NCBI GenBank assembly: GCA_964016885.1
Contig: OZ024741.1
Location: 289,912,001-289,976,000 of the forward strand
Direction of reading: 5' to 3'
Length of the DNA stretch: 64,000 nt
Origin: Eledone cirrhosa
Taxonomy: Eukaryota
Under the pieces are notes generated by a model. The model was not told where the DNA came from. It searched no databases and saw nothing but the letters and a program-made list of their open reading frames with translations. Below, in pieces: positions 36,001 through 48,000 of this stretch. The translations under genes were made by a program, and so were the position numbers. Position 1 is the stretch's first letter, and every line of letters starts with the position of its first letter.

Positions 36001-39000
36001 AGTGTGTCTGGTATTGTCTGTGTAGTGTAGTGTGTCTGGTGTTGTCTGTGTAGTGTACTGTGTCTGGTGTTGTCTGTGTAGTGTAGTGTGTCTGGTATTG
36101 TCTGTGTAGTGTAGTGTGTCTGGTGTTGTCTGTGTAGTGTAGTGTGTCTGGTGTTGTCTGTGTAGTGTACTGTGTCTGGTGTTGTCTGTGTAGTGTGTCT
36201 GGTATTGTCTGTGTAGTGAAGTGTGTCTGGTGTTGTCTGTGTAGTGTAGTGTGTCTGGTGTTGTCTGTGTAGTGTAGTGTGACTGGTGTTGTCTGTGTAG
36301 TGTAGTGTGCCTGGTGTTGTCTATGTAGTGTAGTGTGTCTGGTAATGTCTGTGTAGTGTAGTGTGTCTGTTGTGGTCTGTGTTGTGTAGTGTGTGTGTGG
36401 TGTTGTCTGTGTAGTGTAGTGTATCTGGTGTTGTCTGTGTAGTGTAGTGTGTCTGGTGTTGTCTGTGTAGTGTAGTGTGTCTGGTATTGTCTGTGTAGTG
36501 TAGTGTGTCTGGTGTTGTCTGTGTAGTGTAGTGTGTCTGGTGTTGTCTGTGTAGTGTAGTGTGTCTGGTATTGTCTGTGTAGTGTAGTGTGTCTGGTGTT
36601 GTCTGTGTAGTGTAGTGTGTCTGGTGTTGTCTGTGTAGTGTAGTGTTTCTGGTGTTGTCTGTGTAGTGTAGCGTATCTGGTGTTGTTTGTGTAGTGTAGT
36701 GTGTCTGGTGTTGTCTGTGTAGTGTAGTGTGTCTGGTATTGTCTGTGTAGTGTAGTGTGTCTGGTGTTGTCTGCGTAGTGTAGTGTGTCGGGTGTTGTCT
36801 GTGTAGTGTAGTGTGTCTGTGTAGTGTAGTGCGTCTGGTATTGTCTGTGTAGTGTAGTGTCTATTGTGGTCTGTATAGTGTAGTGTGTGTGTTGATATTG
36901 TCTGTGTAGTGTAGTGTGTCTGGTATTGTCTGTGTAGTGTAGTGTGTCTGGTGTTGTCTGTGTAGTGTAGTGTGTCTGGTGTTGTCTGTGTAGTGTAGAT
37001 TGTCTGGTGTTGCCTGTCTTGTGTAGTGTTTCTGGTGTTCTCTGTGTTCTGTAGTGTTTCTGGTGCTGTCTGTGTAGTGTAGTGTGTCTGGTGTTGTCTG
37101 TGTAGTGTTGTGTGTCTGTTGTGGTCTGTGTAGTGTAGTGTGTCTGGTGTTGTCTGTGTAATGTAGTGTGTCTGGTATTGTCTGTGTAGTGTAGGGTAGT
37201 GTGTCTGGTATTGTCTTTAGTGTAGTGTGTCTGGTATTGTCAGTATAGTGTAGTGTGTCTGGTGATGTCTGTGTAGTGTAGTGTATCTGGTGTTTTCTGT
37301 GTAGTGTAGTGTGTTTGGTTTTGTCTTTGTAATGTTGTGTGTCTCGTATTGTCTGTGTAGTGTAGTGTGTTGGTTTTGTCCGTGTAGTGTAGTCTGTCTG
37401 GTGTTGTCTGTGTAGTGTAGTGTGTCTGGTGTTGTCTGTGTAGTGTAGTGTGTCTGGTATTGTCTGTGTAGTGTAGTGTGTCTGGTATTGTTTGTGTAGT
37501 GTAGTGTCTATTGTGGTCTGTATAGTGTAGTGTGTGTGTGATATTGTCTGTGTAGTGTAGTGTGTCTGGTATTGTCGGTGTAGTGTAGTGTGTCTGGTGT
37601 TGTCTGTGTAGTGTAGTGTGTCTGGTATTGTCTGTGTAGTGTAGTGTGTCTGGTGTTGTCTGTGTAGTGTAGTGTGTCTGGTGTTGTCTGTGTCGTGTAG
37701 TGTGTCTGGTGTTGTCTGTGTAGTCTAGTGTGTCTGGTGTATTCTGTGTAGTGTAGTGAGTCTGGTGTTGTCTGTGTAGTGTGTCTGGTGATGTCTGTGT
37801 AATGTAGTGTGTCTGGTGTTGTCTGTGTAGTGTGTCTGGTATTGTCTGTGTAGTGTAGTGTGTCTGGTGCTGTCTGTGGAGTGTAGTATGGTGTTGTCTG
37901 TGTAGTGTAGTGTGTCTGGTGTTGTCTGTGTAGTGTAGTGTATCTGGTGTTGTCTGTGTAGTGTAGTGTGTCTGGTGTTGTCTGTGTAGTGTAGTGTGTC
38001 TGGTATTGTCTGTGTATTGTAGTGTGTCTGGTGTTGTCTGTGTAGTGTAGTGTGTCTGGTGTTGTCTGTGTAGTGTAGTGTGTCTGGTATTGTCTGTGTA
38101 GTGTAGTGTGTCTGGTATTGTCTGTGTAGTGTAGTGTGTCTGGTGTTGTCTGTGTAGTGTACTGTGTCTGGTGTTGTCTGTGTAGTGTAGTGTGTCTGGT
38201 ATTGTCTGTGTAGTGTAGTGTGTCTGGTGTTGTCTGTGTAGTGTAGTGTGTCTGGTGTTGTCTGTGTAGTGTACTGTGTCTGGTGTTGTCTGTGTAGTGT
38301 AGTGTGTCTGGTATTGTCTGTGTAGTGAAGTGTGTCTGGTGTTGTCTGTGTAGTTTAGTGTGTCTGGTGTTGTCTGTGTAGTGTAGTGTGACTGGTGTTG
38401 TCTGTGTAGTGTAGTGTGCCTGGTGTTGTCTATGTAGTGTAGTGTGTCTGGTAATGTCTGTGTAGTGTAGTGTGTCTGTTGTGGTCTGTGTAGTGTAGTG
38501 TGTGTGTGGTGTTGTCTGTGTAGTGTAGTGTATCTGGTGTTGTCTGTGTAGTGTAGTGTGTCTGGTGTTGTCTGTGTAGTGTAGTGTGTCTCGTATTGTC
38601 TGTGTAGTGTAGTGTGTCTGGTGTTGTCTCTGTAGTGTAGTGTGTCTGGTGTTGTCTGTGTAGTGTAGTGTGTCTGGTATTGTCTGTGTAGTGTAGTGTG
38701 TCAGGTGTTGTCTGTGTAGTGTAGTGTGTCTGGTGCTGTCTGTGTAGTGTACTGTGTCTGGTGTTGTCTGTGTAGTGTAGTGTGTCTGGTGTTGTCTGTG
38801 TAGTGTAGTGTGTCTGGTATATCTGTGTAGTGTAGTGTGTCTGGTAATGTCTGTGTAGTGTAGTGTATCTGGTATTGTTTGTGTAGTGTAGTGTCTATTG
38901 TGGTCTGTATAGTGTAGTGTGTGTGTGATATTGTCTGTGTAGTGTAGTGTGTCTGGTATTGTCTGTGTAGTGTAGTGTGTCTGGTGTTGTCTGTGTAGTG

Positions 39001-42000
39001 TAGTGTATCCGGTGTTTTCTGTGTAGTGTAGTGTGTTTGGTGTTGTCTGTGTAATGTTGTGTGTCTCGTCTTGTCTGTGTATTGTAGTTTGTTGGTTTTA
39101 TCCGTGTAGTGTAGTGTGGTGTTGTCTGTGTAGTGTAGTGTGTATGTTGTTCTCTGTGTAGTGTAGTCTGTCTGGTGTTGTCTGTGTAGTGTAGTGTGTC
39201 TGGTGTTGTCTGTGTAGTGTAGTGTGTCTAGTATTGTCTGTGTAGTGTAGTGTGTCTGGTATTGTCTGTGTAGTGTAGTGTCTATTGTGGTCTGTATAGT
39301 GTAGTGTGTGTGTGATATTGTCTGTGTAGTGTGTCTGGTATTGTCTGTGTAGTGTAGTGTGTCTGGTGTTCTCTGTGTAGTGTAGTGTGTCTGGTGTTGT
39401 CTGTGTAGTGTAGATTGTCTGGTGTTGTCTGTGTAGTGTACTGTGTCTGGTATTGTCTGTGTAGTGTAGTGTGTCTGGTGTTGTCTGTGCAGTGTAGTGT
39501 GTCTGTTGTGGTCTGTGTAGTGTAGTGTGTGTGTGGTGCTGTCTGTTTAGTGTAGTGTATCTGGTGTTGTCTGTGTAGTGTAGTGTGACTGGTGTTGTCT
39601 GTGTAGTGTAGTGTGTCTGGTGATGTCTATGTAGTGTAGTGTGTCTGGTATTGTCTGTGTAGTGTGGTGTCTATTGTGGTCTGTATAGTGTAGTGTGTGT
39701 GTTGATATTGTCTGTGTAGTGTAGTGTGTCTGGTATTGTCTGTGTAGTGTAGTGTGTCTGGTGTTGTCTGTGTAGTGTAGTGTGTCTGGTGTTGTCTGTG
39801 TAGTGCAGTGTGTCTGGTGTTGTCTGTCTTGTGTAGTGTTTCTCGTGTTCTCTGTGTTCTGTAGTGTGTCTGGTGCTGTCTGTGTAGTGTAGTGTGTCTG
39901 GTGTTGTCTGTGTAGTGTTGTGTGTCTGGTATTGTCTGTGTAGTGTAGTGTGTCTGGTGTTGTCTGTGTAATGTAGTGTGTCTGGTATTGTCTGTGTAGT
40001 GTAGTGTGTCTGGTATTGTCTGTGTAGTGTAGTGTGTCTGGTATTGTCAGTGTAGTGTAGTGTGTCTGGTGTTGTCTGTGTAGTGTAGTGTGTCTGGTGT
40101 TGTCTGTGTAGTGTAGTGTATCTGGTGTTTTCTGTGTAGTGTAGTGTGTTTGGTTTTGTCTTTGTCATGTTGTGTGTCTCGTATTGTCTGTGTAGTGTAG
40201 TGTGTTGGTTTTGTCCGTGTAGTGTAGTGTGGTGTTGTCTGTGTAGTGTAGTGTGTATGTTGTGCTGTGTGTAGTGTAGTCTGTCTGGTGTTGTCTGTGT
40301 AGTGTAGTGTGTCTGGTGTTGTCTGTGTAGTGTAGTGTGTCTGGTATTGTCTGTGTAGTGTAGTGTGTCTGGTATTGTTTGTGTAGTGTAGTGTATATTG
40401 TGGTCTGTATAGTGTAGTGTGTGTGTGATATTGTCTGTGTAGTGTAGTGTGTCTGGTATTGTCGCTGTAGTGTAGTGTGTCTGGTGTTGTCTGTGTAGTG
40501 TAGTGTGGCTGGTATTGTCTGTGTAGTGTAGTGTGTCTGGTGTTGTCTGTGTAGTGTAGTGTGTCTGGTGTTGTCTGTGTAGTGTAGTGTGTCTGGTGTA
40601 TTCTGTGTAGTGTAGTGAGTCTGGTGTTGTCTGTGTAGTGTAGTGTGTCTGGTGATGTCTGTGTAATGTAGTGTGTCTGGTGTTGTCTGTGTAGTGCAGT
40701 GTGACTGGTGTTGTTTGTGTAGTGTAGTGTGCCTGGTGTTGTCTATGTAGTGTAGTGTGTCTGGTATTGTCTGTGTAGTGTAGTGTGTCTGTTGTGGTCT
40801 GTGTAGTGTAGCGTGTGTGTGGTGTTGTCTGTGTAGTGTAGTGTATCTGGTGTTGTCTGTGTAGTGTAGTGTGTCTGGTGTTGTCTGTGTAGTGTAGTGT
40901 GTCTGGTATTGTCTGTGTAGTGTAGTGTGTCTGGTGTTGTCTGTGTAGTGTAGTGTGTCTGGTGTTGTCTGTGTAGTGTAGTGTAGTGTGTCTGGTATTG
41001 TCTGTGTAGTGTAGTGTGTCTGGTGTTGTCTGTGTAGTGTAGTGTGTCTGGTGTTGTCTGTGTAGTGTACTGTGTCTGGTGTTGTCTGTGTAGTGTAGTG
41101 TGTCTGGTGTTGTCTGTGTAGTGTAGTGTGTCTGGTATATCTGTGTAGTGTAGTGTGTCTGGTATTGTGTGTGTAGTGTAGTGTGTCTGGTATAGTTTGT
41201 GTAGTGTAGTGTCTATTGTGGTCTGTATAGTGTAGTGTGTGTGTGATATTGTTTGTGTAGTGTAGTGTGTCTGGTATTGTCTGTGTACTGTAGTGTGTCT
41301 GGTGTTGTCTGTGTAGTGTAGTGTGTCTGGTGTTGTCTGTGTAGTGTAGATTGTCTGGTGTTGTCTGTGTTGTGTAGTGTTTCTGGTGTTCTCTCTCTTC
41401 TGTAGTGTGTCTGGTGCTGTCTGTGTAGTGTAGTGTGTCTGGTGTTGTCTGTGTAGTGTTGTGTGTCTGTTGTGGTCTGTGTAGTGTAGTGTGTCTGGTG
41501 ATGTCTGTGTAGTGTAGATTGTCTGGTGTTGTCTGTGTTGTGTAGTGTTTCTGGTGTTCTCTCTCTTCTGTAGTGTGTCTGGTGCTGTCTGTGTAGTGTA
41601 GTGTGTCTGGTGTTGTCTGTGTAGTGTAGTGTGTCTGGTGTTGTCTGTGTAGTGTAGTGTGTCTGGTGTTGTCTGTGTCGTGTAGTGTGTCTCGTGTTGT
41701 CTGTGTAGTGTAGTGTGTCTGGTATTGTCTGTTGTGTTCTGTGTAGTGTAGTGTGTGTGTGGTGTTGTCTGTGTAGTGTAGTGTATCTGCTGTTGTCTGT
41801 GTAGTGTAGTGTGTCTGGTGTTGTCTGTGTAGTGTAGTGTGTCTGGTGTTGTCTGTGTAGTGTAGTGTGTCTGGTGTTGTCTGTGTAGTGTAGTGTGTCT
41901 GGTGTTGTCTGTGTAGTGTAGTGTGTCTGGTGTTGTCTGTGTCGTGTAGTGTGTCTGGTGTTGTCTGTGTAGTGTAGTGTGTCTGGTGTTGTCTGTGTAG

Positions 42001-45000
42001 TGTACTGTGTCTGGTGTTGTCTGTGTAGTGTAGTGTGTCTGGTGTTGTCTGTGTAGTGTAGTGTGTCTGGTATATCTTCGTAGTGTAGTGTGTCTGGTAA
42101 TGTCTGTGTAGTGTAGTGTGTCTGGTATTGTTTGTGTAGTGTAGTGTCTATTGTGGTCTGTATAGTGTAGTGTGTATGTGATATTGTCTGTGTAGTGTAG
42201 TGTGTCTGGTATTGTCTGTGTAGTGTAGTGTGTCTGGTGTTGTCTGTGTAGTGTAGTGTGTCTGGTGATGTCTGTGTAGTGTAGTGTGTCTGGTATATAT
42301 GTGTAGTGTAGTGTGTCTGGTAATGTCTGTGTAGTGTAGTGTGTCTGGTATTGTTTGTGTAGTGTAGTGTCTATTGTGGTCTGTATAAAGTGTAGTGTGT
42401 GTGTGATATTGTCTGTGTAGTGTAGTGTGTCTGGTGTTGTCTGTGTAGTGTAGTGTGTCTAGTATTGTCTGTGTAGTGTAGTGTGTCTGGTATTGTCTGT
42501 GTAGTGTAGTGTCTATTGTGGTCTGTATAGTGTAGTGTGGCTGTCATATTGTCTGTGTAGTGTAGTGTGTCTGGTGTTGTCTGTGTAATGTAGATTGTCT
42601 GGTATCGTCTGTGTAGTGTAGTGTCTATTGTGGTCTGTATAGTGTAGTGTGTGTGTGATTTTGTCTGTGTAGTGTAGTGTGTCTGGTATTGTCTGTGTAG
42701 TGTAGATTGTCTGGTGTTGTCTGTGTAGTGTAGTGTGTCTGGTGTTGTCTGTGGAGTGTAGTATGGTGTTGTCTGTGTAGTGTAGTGTGTCTGGTGTTGT
42801 CTGTGTAGTGTAGTGTGTCTGGTATTGTCTGTGTAGTGTAACGTATCTGGTGTTGTTTGTGTAGTGTAGTATGTCTGGTGTTGTCTGTGTAGTGTGTCTG
42901 GTATTGTCTGTGTAGTGTAGTGTGTCTGGTGTTGTCTGTGTAGTGTACTGTGTCTCGTGTTGTCTGTGTAGTGTACTGTGTCCGGTATTGTCTGTGTAGT
43001 GTAGTGTGTCTGGTGTTGTCCGTGTAGTGTACTGTGTCTGGTGTTGTCTGTGTAGTGTAGTGTGTCTGGTATTGTCTGTGTAGTGTAGTGTGTCTGGTAT
43101 TGTCTGTGTAGTGTAGTGTGTCTGTGTATTGTCTGTGTAGTGTAGTGTGTCTGGTGTTGTCTGTGTAGTGTAGTGTGTCTGGTGTTGTCTGTGTAGTGTA
43201 GAGTGTCTGGTATTGTCTGTGTAGTGTAACGTATCTGGTGTTGTCTGTGTAGTGTAGTATATCTGGTGTTGTCTGTGTAGTGTAGTGTGTCTGGTGTTGT
43301 CTGTGTAGTGTAGTGTGTCTGGTATTGTCTGTGTAGTGTAACGTATCTGGTGTTGTCTGTGTAGTGTTGTATATCTGGTGTTGTCTGTGTAGTGTAGTGT
43401 GTCTGGTGTTGTCTGTGTAGTGTAGTGTGTCTGGTATTGTCTGTGTAGTGTAACGTATCTGGTGTTGTCTGTGTAGTGTAGTATATCTGGTGTTGTCTGT
43501 GTAGTGTAGTGTGTCTGGTGTTGTCTGTGTAGTGTAGTGTGTCTGGTATTGTCTGTGTAGTGTAACGTATCTGGTGTTGTCTGTGTAGTGTAGTATGTCT
43601 GGTGTTGTCTGTGTAGTGTAGTGTGTCTGGTATTGTCTGTGTAGTGTAGTGTGTCTGGTGTTGTCTGTCTAGTGTAGTGTGTCTGGTATTGTCTGTGTAG
43701 TGTAGTGTGTCTGGTGTTGTCTGTGTAGTGTAGTGTATCCGGTATTATCTGTGTAGTGTAACGTATCTGGTGTTGTCTTTGTAGTGTAGTATGTCTGGTG
43801 TTGTCTGTGTAGTGTGTCTGGTATTGTCTGTGTAGTGTAGTGTGTCTGGTGTTGTCTGTGTAGTGTAGTGTGTCTGGTATTGTCTGTGTAGTATAACGTT
43901 TCTGGTGTTGTCTGTGTAGTGTAGTATGTCTGGTGTTGTCTGTGTAGTGTGTCTGGTATTGTCTGTGTAGTGTAGTGTGTCTGGTGTTGTCTGTGTAGTG
44001 TAGTGTGTCTGGTATTGTCTGTGTAGTGTAACGTATCTGGTGTTGTCTGTGTAGTGTAGTATGTCTGGTGTTGTCTGTGTAGTGTGTCTGGTATTGTCTG
44101 TGTAGTGTAGAGTGTCTGGTGTTGTCTGTGTAGTGTAGTGTGTCTGGTATTGTCTGTGTAGTGTAACGTATCTGGTGTTGTCTGTGTTGTGTGTCTGGTG
44201 TTGTCTGTATAGTGTAGTGTGGTGTTGTCTGTGTAGTGTAGTGTGTCTGGTGTTGTCTGTGTAGTGTAGTGTGTCTGGTATTGTCTGTGTAGTGTAGTGT
44301 GTCTGGTGTTGTCTGTGTAGTGTAGTGTGTCTGGTATTGTCTGTGTAGTGTAGTGTGTCTGGTGTTGTCTGTGTAGTGTAGTGTGTCTGGTATTGTCTGT
44401 GTAGTGTAACGTATCTGTTGTTGTCTGTGTAGTGTAGTATGTCTGGTGTTGTCTGTGTAGTGTGTCTGGTATTGTCTGTGTAGTGTAGTGTGTCTGGTAT
44501 TGTCTGTGTAGTGTAGTGTGTCTGGTATTGTCTGTGTAGTGTAGTGTGTCTGGTGTTGTCTGCGCAGTGTAGTATGGTGTTGTCTGTGTAGTGTAGTGTG
44601 TCTGGTGTTGTCTGTGTAGTGTAGTGTATCTGGTGTTGTCTGTGTAGTGTAACGTATCTGGTGTTGTCTGTGTAGTGTAGTATATCTGGTGTTGTCTGTG
44701 TAGTGTAGTGTGTCTGGTGTTGTCTGTGTAGTGTAGTGTGTCTGGTATTGTCTGTGTAGTGTAACGTATCTGGTGTTGTCTGTGTAGTGTAGTATATCTG
44801 GTGTTGTCTGTGTAGTGTAGTGTGTCTGGTGTTGTCTGTGTAGTGTAGTGTGTCTGGTATTGTCTGTGTAGTGTAACGTATCTGGTGTTGTCTGTGTAGT
44901 GTAGTATATCTGGTGTTGTCTGTGTAGTGTAGTGTGTCTGGTGTTGTCTGTGTAGTGTAGTGTGTCTGGTATTGTCTGTGTAGTGTAACGTATCTGGTGT

Positions 45001-48000
45001 TGTCTGTGTAGTGTAGTATGTCTGGTGTTGTCTGTGTAGTGTAGTGTGTCTGGTATTGTCTGTGTAGTGTAGTGTGTCTGGTGTTGTCTGTGTAGTGTAG
45101 TGTGTCTGGTATTGTCTGTGTAGTGTAGTGTGTCTGGTGTTGTCTGTGGAGTGTAGTGTGTCTGGTATTGTCTGTGCAGTGTAGTGTGTCTGGTATTGTC
45201 TGTGTAGTGTAGTGTGTCTGGTATTGTCTGTGCAGTGTAACGTATCTGGTGTTGTCTGTGTAGTGTAGTATGTCTGGTGTTGTCTGTGTAGTGTGTCTGG
45301 TATTGTCTGTGTAGTGTAGTATGTCTGGTGTTGTCTGTGTAGTGTAGTGTGTCTGGTGTTGTCTGTGTAGTGTAGTGTGTCTGGTGTTGTCTGTGTAGTC
45401 TAGTGTGTCTGGTGTTGTCTGTGTGGTGTAGTGTGTCTGGTGTTGTCTGTGTAGTGTAGTGTGTCTGGTATTGTCTGTGTAGTGTAGTGTGTCTGGTATC
45501 GTCTGTGTAGTGTAGTGTCTATTGTGGTCTGTATAGTGTAGTGTGTGTGTGATTTTGTCTGTGTAGTGTAGTGTGTCTGGTATTGTCTGTGTAGTGTAGA
45601 TTGTCTGGTGTTGTCTGTGTAGTGTAGTGTGTCTGGTGTTGTCTGTGGAGTGTAGTATGGTGTTGTCTGTGTAGTGTAGTGTGTCTGGTGTTGTCTGTGT
45701 AGTGTAGTGTGTCTGGTATTGTCTGTGTAGTGTAACGTATCTGGTGTTGTCTGTGTAGTGTAGTATGTCTGGTGTTGTCTGTGTAGTGTGTCTGGTATTG
45801 TCTGTGTAGTGTAGTGTGTCTGGTGTTGTCTGTGTAGTGTACTGTGTCTGGTGTTGTCTGTGTAGTGTAGTGTGTCTGGTATTGTCTGTGTAGTGTAGTG
45901 TGTCTGGTATTGTCTGTGTAGTGTAGTGTGTCTGTGTATTGTCTGTGTAGTGTAGTGTGTCTGGTGTTGTCTGTGTAGTGTAGTGTGTCTGGTGTTGTCT
46001 GTGTAGTGTAGTGTGTCTGGTATTGTCTGTGTAGTGTAACGTATCTGGTGTTGTCTGTGTAGTGTAGTATATCTGGTGTTGTCTGTGTAGTGTAGTGTGT
46101 CTGGTGTTGACTGTGTAGTGTAGTGCGTCTGGTATTGTCTGTGTAGTGTAACGTATCTGGTGTTGTCTGTGTAATGTAGTATATCTGGTGTTGTCTGTGT
46201 TGTGTAGTGTGTCTGGTGTTGTCTGTGTAGTGTAGTGTGTCTGGTATTGTCTGTGTAGTGTAACGTATCTGGTGTTGTCTGTGTAGTGTAGTATGTCTGG
46301 TGTTGTCTGTGTAGTGTAGTGTGTCTGGTATTGTCTGCGTAGTGTAGTGTGTCTGGTGTTGTCTGTGTAGTTTAGTGTGTCTGGTATTGTCTTTGTAGTG
46401 TAGTGTGTCTGGTGTTGTCTGTGTAGTGTAGTGTGTCCGGTATTATCTGTGTAGTGTAACGTATCTGGTGTTGTCTGTGTAGTGTAGTATGTCTGGTGTT
46501 GTCTGTGTAGTGTGTCTGGTATTGTCTGTGTAGTGTAGTGTGTCTGGTGTTGTCTGTGTAGTGTAGTGTGTCTGGTATTGTCTGTGTAGTGTAACGTTTC
46601 TGGTGTTGTCTGTGTAGTGTAGTATGTTTGGTGTTGTCTGTGTAGTGTGTCTGGTATTGTCTGTGTCGTGTAGTGTGTCTGGTGTTGTCTGTGTAGTGCA
46701 GTGTGTCTGGTATTGTCTGTGTAGTGTAACACATCTGGTGTTGTCTGTGTAGTGTAGTATGTCTGGTGTTGTCTGTGTAGTGTGTCTGGTATTGTCTGTG
46801 TAGTGTAGTGTGTCTGGTGTTGTCTGTGTAGTGTAGTGTGTCTGGTATTGTCTGTGTAGTGTAACGTATCTGGTGTTGTTTGTGTTGTGTGTCTGGTGTT
46901 GTCTGTATAGTGTAGTGTGGTGTTGTCTGTGTAGTGTAGTGTGTCTGGTGTTGTCTGTGTAGTGTAGTGTGTCTGGTATTGTCTGTGTAGTGTAGTGTGT
47001 CTGGTGTTGTCTGTGTAGTGTAGTATGTCTGGTGTTGTCTGTGTATTGTAGTGTGTCTGGTATTGTCTGTGTAGTGTAGTGTGTCTGGTGTTGTCTGTGT
47101 AGTGTAGTGTGTCTGGTATTGTCTGTGTAGTGTAACGTATCTGGTGTTGTCTGTGTAGTGTAGTATATCTGGTGTTGTCTGTGTAGTGTAGTGTGTCTGG
47201 TTTTGTCTGTGTAGTGTAGTGTGTCTGATATTGTCTGTGTAGTGTAACGTATCTGGTGTTGTCTGTGTAGTGTAGTATGTCTGGTGTTGTCTGTGTAGTG
47301 TAGTGTGTCTGGTATTGTCTGTGTAGTGTAGTGTGTCCGGTGTTGTCTGTGTAGTGTAGTGTGTCTGGTATTGTCTGTGTAGTGTAGTGTGTCTGGTGTT
47401 GTCTGTGTAGTGTAGTGTGTCCGGTATTATCTGTGTAGTGTAACGTATCTGGTGTTGTCTGTGTAGTGTAGTATGTCTGGTGTTGTCTGTGTAGTGTGTC
47501 TGGTATTGTCTGTGTAGTGTAGTGTGTCTGGTGTTGTCTGTGTAGTGTAGTGTGTCTGGTATTGTCTGTGTAGTGTAACGTATCTGGTGTTGTCTCTGTA
47601 GTGTAGTATGTCTGGTGTTGTCTGTGTAGTGTGTCTGGTATTGTCTGTGTAGTGTAGTGTGTCTGGTGTTGTCTGTGTAGTGTAGTGTGTCTGGTATTGT
47701 CTGTGTAGTGTAACGTATCTGGTGTTGTCTGTGTAGTGTAGTATGTCTGGTGTTGTCTGTGTAGTGTGTCTGGTATTGTCTGTGTAGTGTAGTGTTTCTG
47801 GTGTTGTCTGTGTAGTGTAGTGTGTCTGGTATTGTCTGTGTAGTGTAACGTATCTGGTGTTGTCTGTGTTGTGTGTCTGGTGTTGTCTGTATAGTGTAGT
47901 GTGGTGTTGTCTGTGTAGTGTAGTGTGTCTGGTGTTGTCTGTGTAGTGTAGTGTGTCTGGTATTGTCTGTGTAGTGTAGTGTGTCTGGTGTTGTCTGTGT

